This document shows, in pieces, positions 1-7,666 of a stretch of DNA of 36,072 nt (its first letter is position 1; every line of letters begins with the position of its first letter). The DNA is from Eubacteriales bacterium (GTDB lineage Bacteria; Bacillota; Clostridia; Oscillospirales; CAG-272). A program made the position numbers and the translations under genes. The notes beneath the pieces were generated by a model. It worked only from the letters and a program-made list of their open reading frames with translations. It did not search any database and was not told the origin of the DNA. The stretch is taken from contig JAZQRW010000183.1 in the NCBI GenBank assembly GCA_045629765.1, forward strand, positions 1 through 36,072, given 5' to 3'.

Positions 1-1
1 T

Positions 2-457
2 GCAATCTCTGCCGGTGAGCGTCTCTACACCCGTTTTGATTACAACGAGCTCTTCCGTCGCAGAGCCTGCGACTACATTCAGCCCGATATCTCCCACGCG
101 GGCGGTATCATGGAGCTGAAGAAGATAGCCGCTATCGCTGAGGCAAATTACATTCCGTTTGCTCCTCATAATCCCTCAGGTCCCATCGCGAATGCGGCAA
201 CGCTCCAACTTGCCGCTTGTTGTCCTAATTTCTGTATCCTTGAAATTATGTACAGCGATGTGGATTGGAGAAAAGACGTGACCGACGAAAGCCTCGTTTA
301 TGAAAACGGACGTATAAAGATCGGCGACAAGCCGGGGCTCGGTATCGAACTTAATGAAGAGGCGTGCCTCAAGCACCCCTACGTTGAGCATAATCTGCGC
401 CATTACACGGGAGCACTGACCGACATTCGCCCCGCTAAAACAGAATTCTATTTTTAA
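2..457 (+). CDS. Enolase-superfamily sugar-acid dehydratase (D-galactonate dehydratase-like), C-terminal part; the 5' end lies outside the window
   Basis: The frame is open from position 2. The translation AISAGERLYTRFDYNELFRRRACDYIQPDISHAGGIMELKKIAAIAEANYIPFAPHNPSGPIANAATLQLAA resembles the C-terminal barrel of mandelate racemase/muconate-lactonizing (DgoD-type) enzymes. Stop codon TAA at 455-457. Confidence 0.75.
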   Translation, partial: AISAGERLYTRFDYNELFRRRACDYIQPDISHAGGIMELKKIAAIAEANYIPFAPHNPSGPIANAATLQLAACCPNFCILEIMYSDVDWRKDVTDESLVYENGRIKIGDKPGLGIELNEEACLKHPYVEHNLRHYTGALTDIRPAKTEFYF

Positions 458-468
458 GGAGATAAAAA

Positions 469-1335
469 ATGAAAAAATACGAAGTACAAGATCACATATC
501 GAGTTATCTTCCCGAGGATAGCGAGTGGAAGCTCGTTTGGTCGGACGAATTTGACGGTACCGAGCTTGATAGAACAAAATGGGATTTTCGCTTGATGTTC
601 TGGGGTGAACGCTTTGATGCCTATACCGATCAAGGCGTTGTTGTTAAGGATGGATGTGTGGAACTCCACCGTACCGAAATCGACGGACGATATGTTTCTC
701 CTCAACTGCAGACGGGATATAACACCTTTGACCATATGTGCACAGCACGCTCCAATCCCTGGGGACAGGACGGCATCTGGCCATTTGAAGAGATCCCCAC
801 ACCTAAATTTGTACACCGCTACGGCTATTACGAGTGCCGCTGTAAGTTTCAAAAGCACCCCCAAGTGATGTGGTCAGCCTTCTGGATGCAATCCCCCTCG
901 ATCGGCGCACGTATCGAGCCTGAGTGGGCGGGCATCGAGTGCGATATCATGGAGTGCTTTAAGTCCGGCAAAGCCACCACAGGCAACATCATGAACGGAT
1001 ACGGCAAGCAATTTGTGGAAGACGGCCGTGTAAAATACAACCTTGAAGAAACCGAGGACGGCTTCCATACTTTTGGTATGGATTGGCGCGAGGACGGCTA
1101 TGTATTCTACTGCGACGGCAAGGAAATCTCCCGTTGCAATCAGCATGTCTCTCACGTACCCGAATTCCTTCTTCTCACTACCGAGGTGCAGGGCTATCGC
1201 TCCGTAAAGAAGGGAACTTTCAAAAGACTTGGTGAAGGTGGCGAGGCGGAGGAGCCTCCCTTTGTGATTCAAGGTGAATTTGAGGATGACGCATTTATTT
1301 GCGACTATGTAAGAGTATTCGATAAGGTGAACTAA
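469..1335 (+). CDS. Glycoside hydrolase family 16 (beta-glucanase/laminarinase-like), no signal peptide
   Basis: AGGAG RBS upstream of the ATG. GH16 hallmarks are WKLVWSDEFDGTELD, WSAFWM, the catalytic E-x-D-x-x-E motif as GIECDIMEC, and HTFGMDWREDGYVFYCDG. The N-terminus MKKYEVQDHISSYLPED is hydrophilic. Confidence 0.8.
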   Translation: MKKYEVQDHISSYLPEDSEWKLVWSDEFDGTELDRTKWDFRLMFWGERFDAYTDQGVVVKDGCVELHRTEIDGRYVSPQLQTGYNTFDHMCTARSNPWGQDGIWPFEEIPTPKFVHRYGYYECRCKFQKHPQVMWSAFWMQSPSIGARIEPEWAGIECDIMECFKSGKATTGNIMNGYGKQFVEDGRVKYNLEETEDGFHTFGMDWREDGYVFYCDGKEISRCNQHVSHVPEFLLLTTEVQGYRSVKKGTFKRLGEGGEAEEPPFVIQGEFEDDAFICDYVRVFDKVN

Positions 1336-1337
1336 AA

Positions 1338-2117
1338 ATGAAAGCGGTATTGATAACGGGCGCGTGTATCAACACGGGTGTTGCCATTGTTGAAAAATTC
1401 GCATCCAAGGGATATAACGTTATTTTCACAGGCAGAAACACCGAGAAGGTGCGCGCAAAGGAAAATGAATACAGAGAGAAATTTCCAAACGTTGAGATAA
1501 TAGGATATCATATCGATTCTTTACTTGACGAGAGGACGGTTGACGAGACTTCGGTAGAAAAAATGTTTGCGGATATTGACAGTCGCGGGCTTTTTGTAGA
1601 GACTCTTGTGCTCAACGCCGCCGACCAAGGACTTGGACAGAAAATATTCGAAAATCCGCTGACAGATTTGATGAAGGTCATAAATACCAACGTGGTGTGG
1701 AACTACTGTCTTTCGGAGCACGCCGCAAAACGAATGAGGGAAAACGGTGGCGGAAACATCGTGTTTGTAAATTCCAACACCGCTTATCGCGCGATTCCCG
1801 ACAGAGTGGCGTACGTTGCCTCCAAGGGCGGTCAGCTCGGACTTATGAGAGCGCTTGCTCTTGATCTTGGCAAATACGGAATTCGCGTCAATGCGGTCCT
1901 TCCCGGCATGATAAAAACAGACAGATGGGAGAAAAATCCCGATTTCTACCGTGACGTACCCTCTCGCTTTACACCTATAGGCGACGTAGCAGTTGGAGAG
2001 GACGTTGCAGATGCAGTCTACTACTTTGCCGCTCACGCAAGAAACACGACGGGTGCGGAGTTGATCGTTGACGGTGGCAATACAATTCAGCTCTATCCGA
2101 TCATACCAAAGTCCTAA
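1338..2117 (+). CDS. SDR-family (short-chain dehydrogenase/reductase) oxidoreductase
   Basis: Rossmann motif VLITGACINTGVAIV, NAA motif (LNAAD), catalytic YVASKGG (Y-x-x-x-K) and a PG motif (LPGMIKT). It starts 3 nt after the GH16 stop and has an AAGGTGA RBS. Confidence 0.85.
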   Translation: MKAVLITGACINTGVAIVEKFASKGYNVIFTGRNTEKVRAKENEYREKFPNVEIIGYHIDSLLDERTVDETSVEKMFADIDSRGLFVETLVLNAADQGLGQKIFENPLTDLMKVINTNVVWNYCLSEHAAKRMRENGGGNIVFVNSNTAYRAIPDRVAYVASKGGQLGLMRALALDLGKYGIRVNAVLPGMIKTDRWEKNPDFYRDVPSRFTPIGDVAVGEDVADAVYYFAAHARNTTGAELIVDGGNTIQLYPIIPKS

Positions 2118-2158
2118 TGAGAAGATCAAAAGGCAAATACCGCGTTCTTCTCATTTTT
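2117..2158 (+). terminator. Putative rho-independent terminator after the SDR gene
   Basis: Stem ATGAGAAGA (2117-2125) pairs with TCTTCTCAT (2146-2154) and is followed by a T-run. The loop is rather large (20 nt). Confidence 0.5.
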
Positions 2159-2237
2159 GATATACGCCAGCTCCAGCATATTAAAGGTTATAAGCTCACT
2201 TGATGTAATGACAGACTCGTTCTCATGAGGATGCAAT

Positions 2238-2447
2238 ATGAAATACGAAATTCAGTTAAATAATAACTGCTCATATGACGTAATCGTTGGGTCCGGTCCT
2301 GCGGGAGTCGCGGCGACAATCAGTTCAGGACGAAACGGAGCAAAAACACTCCTTGAGGTATATCTCGAACAAACAATTCTGCGTGCCGCCAATCTTTTTG
2401 CGGGCGGCCAACGATACACAAAAGTAATGGAAAGGTATGAACTGTGA
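2238..2447 (+). pseudogene. N-terminal stub of an FAD-dependent oxidoreductase (69 codons)
   Basis: SYDVIVGSGPAGVAATISSGRNGAKTLLE is a typical dinucleotide-binding G-x-G-x-x-G N-terminus. The similarity stops after about 40 residues and the ORF ends at 2447. No remainder of the gene is present in any frame, because the next ORF fills 2444-3484. Confidence 0.5.
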
Positions 2448-3484
2448 TGAAAATACATAATAATTTTACCGGCGGAAACATATGCGTAAAGTCCATAAAT
2501 GGTGATGTTATCAGCCTTGAAAATGAGCTTCGTGATACTTCGAATTGGTTTTATTGGGCATTTTGCGTTGAGAACGCTGAGGGACGTGAACTCACCTTCA
2601 ACATGCAAAAGGATAGACTTGGCCACTTCGGACCTGCAGTCAGCCACGACCTTAAGAAATGGCATTGGCTCGATTCGTCCGACGAAGATAGCTTCACTTA
2701 TTGCTTTGGCTCAGATGAGAAGAAGGTATATTTCGCACACAATATGCTCTACCATCCCGACCATTTCCTTGATTTTTTAAGAGAGTACGGCATCAAGTCA
2801 ACCGAGCTATGCAAGAGTCGTAAAGGTCGTTCTGTTCCTTGCATTACCTTAGGAGAAGGTCAGAAAAGCATTATCCTTACCGCTCGTCACCATGCTTGTG
2901 AAAGCACCGGTAGCTATGTTCTTGAGGGAGTGTTGCGGGAGCTTATTGACACGCCGATAGAAAACACGATGATTTTAGCTGTTCCGTTTGTCGATTACGA
3001 TGGAGTGATTGACGGAGATCAAGGTAAGGATCGCACACCACACGACCATAACCGCGACTATACCGAGAATCCGATCTATCCCGAGATCGACGCGATTATC
3101 AAATATGCCGATCGCTATGGCTGTCATCTCGGATTTGATTTTCACGCTCCTTGGCATAAGGGCGGAATACACGATAATGTTTTTATCGTGAGACACATGA
3201 TAGAAAAGCAGGATAAATATGAGCGATTTTCCGATATCCTGCAAAAAGAGATTTCTCGTACCGATATCGTTTACGAAAAGAAAAATGATCGTTGGAATCA
3301 ACCATGCTCAAATTTCAGTTGCTCGATGAACCTGCGTGAAGAGTGTGATCTTGCATTTACTCTCGAAACCGCATATTTCGGTACGGAAAACAACAAAATC
3401 TCTACCGATATGATGATTCGTCTCGGAAGAAGCTTCGCAAAAGCTATCAAGAACTATATCGAAGTAACAAAAGAAAATTATTAA
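2444..3484 (+). CDS. M14-family zinc carboxypeptidase-like protein (cytosolic carboxypeptidase/Nna1-like subgroup)
   Basis: N-terminal domain motif FTGGNICV...NWFYWAFCV. The putative zinc motif H-x-x-E is seen as ARHHACES, with DHNRDY (similar to the DFNR motif) and FDFHAPW (third ligand). GGAAAGG RBS at 2429-2435. The start is GTG 2444 or ATG 2447 and overlaps the stop of the preceding stub. Confidence 0.6.
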   Translation: MMKIHNNFTGGNICVKSINGDVISLENELRDTSNWFYWAFCVENAEGRELTFNMQKDRLGHFGPAVSHDLKKWHWLDSSDEDSFTYCFGSDEKKVYFAHNMLYHPDHFLDFLREYGIKSTELCKSRKGRSVPCITLGEGQKSIILTARHHACESTGSYVLEGVLRELIDTPIENTMILAVPFVDYDGVIDGDQGKDRTPHDHNRDYTENPIYPEIDAIIKYADRYGCHLGFDFHAPWHKGGIHDNVFIVRHMIEKQDKYERFSDILQKEISRTDIVYEKKNDRWNQPCSNFSCSMNLREECDLAFTLETAYFGTENNKISTDMMIRLGRSFAKAIKNYIEVTKENY

Positions 3485-3645
3485 CTTTAACAGGAATCGT
3501 CCAAGGGATTCCTTGCGTTAAAAAAGTTAAAAAACAAGAAACAGAGCCCTTTGACATTCGTTTGAGTGGCGAAATGAGCTAAAATACTGCAATAAAGAAG
3601 TTTTTTCTTAACAAACAGTGTCAAAACAGTCAAAAAATTGTAAAA

Positions 3646-3819
3646 ATGGGTTGTCCCTACTTGACCACACTCGTGTCGGGTAGCCCGATAATTTAGGACG
3701 GCAAGCTCGTAGGAGCAGTTACTCACGTTATGGTGACGAATTCTACTGAGGGTTATGGAATATTTATTGAGAATATGCTGAATGCTGCCAACGGGCAGGC
3801 GCAGCCCAAGGCGGCGTAA
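3646..3819 (+). pseudogene. spoIVB: Remnant of the 3' end of spoIVB (peptidase S55) with an in-frame TAG
   Basis: The translation ...[42 protein letters not shown]... matches the conserved C-terminal signature of SpoIVB (GMSGSPIIQNGKxIGAVTHVFVNDPTxGYG..IE.ML). TAG at 3694-3696 replaces the usual Gln codon. There is no SpoIVB-like sequence upstream of about 3673. Confidence 0.6.
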
Positions 3820-3823
3820 ATTA

Positions 3824-3857
3824 AAAAGCAACGTCAAATTCACGGCGTTGCTTTTTT
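3824..3857 (+). terminator. Rho-independent terminator retained behind the spoIVB remnant
   Basis: AAAAGCAACG (3824-3833) pairs with CGTTGCTTTT (3846-3855), followed by a T-run to 3857. Confidence 0.6.
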
Positions 3858-3904
3858 AGCAAGAAATAATGAAAATAAAAGTTTTCCGAAATGGCGTAAA
3901 TAGT

Positions 3905-3941
3905 CAAAAATATGAGAGGGTTGCCGTAAGGCTTCCCTCTC
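3905..3941 (-). terminator. Terminator of the first LRR lipoprotein gene
   Basis: The minus-strand RNA GAGAGGGAAGCC-UUAC-GGCAACCCUCUC is followed by AUAUUUUU. A 30-nt core (3915-3944) is 29/30 identical to 7633-7662. Confidence 0.6.
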
Positions 3942-3947
3942 TGTTTT

Positions 3948-6900
3948 TTATTCTTCAGTATAAGTAATTTGGCAATCTGCGGCAACTTCTTTGTTCCAAC
4001 TATCGCCCTTTGTTATAGTGTTCCACATTTCTTCAGTACCAAGGTATTGAATGCTTGCAAGCTTCGAACACTTATAGAATGCCTGAGTACCGATCTCGGT
4101 TATACCCTTACCGATAGTCACACTCGCAAGCTTCGTGCATTCGCGGAACGCATAATTTCCAATACGGATTACGCTATCGGGAATAGTCAAGCTCGTAAGA
4201 GCCTCACATCCGCGGAACGCGTTATCTCCAATGGTTGTCACGCCATTGCCAAGATCAACACTCGCGAGCTTGGTGCACTTAAAGAACGCATACTCGCCGA
4301 TGCTTGTTACGCTATCAGGAATGGTAAGACTTGTAAGTGTCGTGCAATTATAGAACGCATAGTCTCCTATTGCGGTTACACCGTCGGGAATAGTGAAGCT
4401 CGTCCGTCCGTTTCCTATAGCGTAGCTGACTAAGGTCTTGCCATCCTTGGTGTAAAGATTACCGTCAATAGACTTGTAGTATTGGTTACCGTCGTCAACG
4501 GTAATGTTAGCAAGCTTTGTGGAAATGTAGAATGCCCGATTGTCAATGCTCGCTACACCCTTTCCGATGGTAATTTCAGTAAGAGCGTCGCAGCCGTAGA
4601 ATGCGTAATAGCCAATGCCCGTTACACGGTCAGGGATTACAACGCTAGTAATCTTATCACAATTGTTGAAAGCATTTTTATTGATTACGTAATTCTGTCC
4701 GTTAAAGCTAAGCGGAAGTGTAATCGCAGTATCCTTGCCTAAGTAAGCTACAAGATAATTTACACCGTCAAAAGTATAGAACAGATAACCATCCTTATTA
4801 ACTACCTTGCTATCATTCGAATGCACTTCAAGAGCATATGTAGCAATAGCACCGTACGTGCTTGCTCCCTTAGTGATTTCAAGTGATGACCTGTTTATTA
4901 CTTCAACAAGTCTGATACAACCCGTGAAGGCTTCAGTGCCGATACTCGTTACACTGCTTCCGAGCGTCACACTTGAAAGATTACAACAACCGGAGAATGC
5001 CTGCGCAGCAATGCTTGTTACACCATCGCCAATCACTACGCTTGTAAGAGCAGTGTTGTTGTAGAACGCGTAAGAGTTGATTATTGATACGCCATCACCC
5101 AAGGTTACACCAACAAGACCTGTACAATTATAGAATGCACCGTAAAGGATATTGCCACCTGTTACAGTAACGTACTTAAGGCTTGCGGGAATATAGTATA
5201 TATTGTTAGTAAGAGTTTTTCCACCGGCACCGTAATAAGTCTGCCTCGTCGCAACTCCTCCGGCTGTGCTATCATTGCCGAAAATAAATCCTAAGGGATA
5301 CTGGAAAGCATCGCTCGAGGTCTTATTAGAACCGCCGATAAACGGAAGCGTGATGCTCTCAAGTGAGGTACAACCTGCGAATGCACCCATTGCAATGCTT
5401 GTAACGCTGTTAGGCACTGTCACGTCGGTAAGTGAAGTACATCCTTTGAAGGCAGCATTGTTGATTTCATTTACGCGCTCAGGAATAGTTATGCTCTTAA
5501 GACCGGTGCAATTAAAGAAGGCATATGAACCGATTGCCGTCAAGTCGTCTGGCAGAGTTACATTGGTAAGACCGGTACAATTCCAGAATGCGCCGTAAAG
5601 AATGTTGCCGCCTGTTACAGTAACTGACTTAAGGCTCGCAGGAATATAGTATACGCCGGTAGCGGTATAGTTTGAACTCACGCCATGATATCTCTGTTCG
5701 GTCTCAACACCGCCATCGTAGAACCATGTGCCAAAGATATATCCGAATGGATACTGATATGCATCGTCTGATGTTTTAACACTATCGCCAACAAACGGAA
5801 GCGTAATGCTCTCAAGTGAAGAGCAATCCATAAATGCTCCCTCACCAATGCTAACAACACTCTCAGGTACTACAACGCTCTTAAGGTTCGTAGAGCTGGA
5901 GAACGCATAAGCTTCAATGCTCGTTACTCTATACCATGTTCCATCTTTCTTAAATATAGCCGGAATTACAAGCTCTTCACCCTCAGTGCCGATGTATCCT
6001 ATTTCATCCTTGTTTTCAGATGTAATTACAAAATCTACAGGAACAACGAATGTATCTACGTAAAAGTTACCGCACTCGGAACAAGTATGCTCCGTATATC
6101 CGTCCTCTTTAGCCGAAGGATTGATAACCGTAGCAGAGTATTTATGTCCCGCAGGCTCACCGTAGCTAAACGTTGCTTTACCAACCGCACCACAAGTGCA
6201 GGAGTAGTAGTAGGTTGCTGCATTTTCGCAATCTGCGTCAACTGCAAGATAAGCCGCACTCGCATTTTGTTCAGTATAGCCATGAGCATCGCCATAGCTA
6301 AATGTCTGCCTATTTTCCTCAGCGTCCATCTCACCGCATACGCATGAATAGTAATATGTCGCTGCAGTACCGCACTCTGCGGCGGTGGCAAGATATTTAC
6401 TGTCAGTATTCTCAACGGTATAGCTGTGCGCTAACGGCTCTCCGTATTCAAAGGTCTCAGTACCCGCCTTACCGCAAGAGCATGAGTAATAATACGTTGC
6501 CGCATTTTCACAATCCGCTGCAGAAACAAGATATTTGCTATCTATAACCTCTTTATCATATTTGTGCTCCACAACCGAAGAGGATGTGAAGGTCTTAGTG
6601 CCTACTGCACCGCAAACACACGAGTAGTAATACGTCGCACGCTCACCGCACTTTGCAGATACAAGATATCGGGACTCTTCCTTCTGCTGATTATAAACGT
6701 GCTTCGTCGTCTCGCCGTATTCAAACGTCTCGGTTCCAACCGCGCCGCACGCACAGGAGTAGTAGTATATAGCGGGAGTCGTACAAGTCGCTGCAGAAAC
6801 AAAGTAGTTCTCATTGTAAATATACTGCTCAACAAAATTATGAGAAACTTCGCCGTATGTAAAGGTTTGCGTACCCCTATCTCCGCAAGCGCAGGAGTAA

Positions 6901-7265
6901 TAATACTTAGCCGGACTGTTGCAATCAGCGGCAGAAGCAAAATACTGAGGCTCTACTACCTGTAATTCATAATTATGCTGCGGTTCACCGTATGTAAACG
7001 TCATAGTTCCCTTCACACCGCATGCGCATGAATAATAATAGATAGCCACGTTCTCACAATCTGCAGCCGTTACAAGATAAGCATCATCGATGACTTTCTT
7101 ATCGCAGATGTGTGTATGCTCGTCGCCGTCAGTGTAGCTCTCGTCACAAAGGTCGCAAAGCGCATCGTCATTTGCGTCCACGTGCTGACACGACTCCTTC
7201 TTACACGATGCTATTGAAACTATAGCAATAAGCATCAAAATTACTAACAGAAGTGTTTTTCTCAT
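3948..7265 (-). CDS. Very large surface lipoprotein (1105 aa): lipobox, Cys knuckles, 7 copies of an about 45-aa Cys3-His repeat, then BspA-type leucine-rich repeats
   Basis: MRKTLLLVILMLIAIVSIASC is a signal peptide plus lipobox. The repeat YL.SAADCENAATYYYSC.CG..GT.TF.YGEP..H.Y occurs 7 times (aa 63-376). It is followed by many repeats of the IP.SVT.IG..AF..C..L.S..I type (LRR_5-like). GAAGGATGG RBS. Confidence 0.9.
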   Translation of the reverse strand: MRKTLLLVILMLIAIVSIASCKKESCQHVDANDDALCDLCDESYTDGDEHTHICDKKVIDDAYLVTAADCENVAIYYYSCACGVKGTMTFTYGEPQHNYELQVVEPQYFASAADCNSPAKYYYSCACGDRGTQTFTYGEVSHNFVEQYIYNENYFVSAATCTTPAIYYYSCACGAVGTETFEYGETTKHVYNQQKEESRYLVSAKCGERATYYYSCVCGAVGTKTFTSSSVVEHKYDKEVIDSKYLVSAADCENAATYYYSCSCGKAGTETFEYGEPLAHSYTVENTDSKYLATAAECGTAATYYYSCVCGEMDAEENRQTFSYGDAHGYTEQNASAAYLAVDADCENAATYYYSCTCGAVGKATFSYGEPAGHKYSATVINPSAKEDGYTEHTCSECGNFYVDTFVVPVDFVITSENKDEIGYIGTEGEELVIPAIFKKDGTWYRVTSIEAYAFSSSTNLKSVVVPESVVSIGEGAFMDCSSLESITLPFVGDSVKTSDDAYQYPFGYIFGTWFYDGGVETEQRYHGVSSNYTATGVYYIPASLKSVTVTGGNILYGAFWNCTGLTNVTLPDDLTAIGSYAFFNCTGLKSITIPERVNEINNAAFKGCTSLTDVTVPNSVTSIAMGAFAGCTSLESITLPFIGGSNKTSSDAFQYPLGFIFGNDSTAGGVATRQTYYGAGGKTLTNNIYYIPASLKYVTVTGGNILYGAFYNCTGLVGVTLGDGVSIINSYAFYNNTALTSVVIGDGVTSIAAQAFSGCCNLSSVTLGSSVTSIGTEAFTGCIRLVEVINRSSLEITKGASTYGAIATYALEVHSNDSKVVNKDGYLFYTFDGVNYLVAYLGKDTAITLPLSFNGQNYVINKNAFNNCDKITSVVIPDRVTGIGYYAFYGCDALTEITIGKGVASIDNRAFYISTKLANITVDDGNQYYKSIDGNLYTKDGKTLVSYAIGNGRTSFTIPDGVTAIGDYAFYNCTTLTSLTIPDSVTSIGEYAFFKCTKLASVDLGNGVTTIGDNAFRGCEALTSLTIPDSVIRIGNYAFRECTKLASVTIGKGITEIGTQAFYKCSKLASIQYLGTEEMWNTITKGDSWNKEVAADCQITYTEE

Positions 7266-7481
7266 TTTTCCATCCTTCTTTTTTATTTAATCGACGCAAG
7301 CAAAGAAAGTTATAAGCCAAGGTACCGTAAAAATACACCGCTATGACCGTAAGCAATCCGCTTGCAATATAGATTACGTATATCAAACTTAAATTGCGCT
7401 ATTCAAGCAAATTCGTTATATTTTATGACAAATCACACAAAAAAAGACGCAATCCCGCAATATAAAATATCTTGCTATAAT

Positions 7482-7510
7482 ATTATAGCATACGCGTATA
7501 GGCATTTCAA
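7482..7510 (-). promoter_or_regulatory. Candidate sigma-A promoter for the first LRR gene (TTGAAA-17-TATAAT), implying an about 200-nt leader
   Basis: On the minus strand the -35 is TTGAAA (7505-7510), followed by a 17-nt spacer and the -10 TATAAT (7482-7487). The -10 lies inside an 18-bp perfect palindrome at 7473-7490. Confidence 0.4.
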
Positions 7511-7621
7511 TATGTATACTAAAAATTATATATATTAACGAAAAAGTTTGTTACATTTTCTCAACAGTGTACATAAATTGCTTGATAATTCTTACAAAAA
7601 GTGTGCTTAAACCCTTGTCTT

Positions 7622-7660
7622 TGCGCGCAAAAAGAGGGTTGCCGCAAGGCTTCCCTCTCT
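7622..7660 (-). terminator. Terminator of the second LRR lipoprotein gene
   Basis: The minus-strand RNA AGAGAGGGAAGCC-UUGC-GGCAACCCUCU is followed by UUUUU. It is nearly identical to the hairpin at 3905-3941. Confidence 0.65.
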
Positions 7661-7666
7661 GTTTGT

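Noticed and set aside
3487-3843. 118-aa minus-strand ORF in the spacer after the M14-like gene
   Set aside because: It has no RBS and no recognisable similarity. It is antisense to the spoIVB remnant and its terminator, and the plus-strand reading explains the region better.
3969-6965. Numerous 80-150-aa ORFs antisense or out of frame within the first LRR gene, with similar ones inside 7667-10222, 16783-20397, 20582-21343, 25032-26765 and 32412-34901
   Set aside because: They lie entirely inside long, well-supported genes and have low-complexity or repeat-derived translations and no RBS. This is typical of shadow ORFs in repetitive coding DNA.
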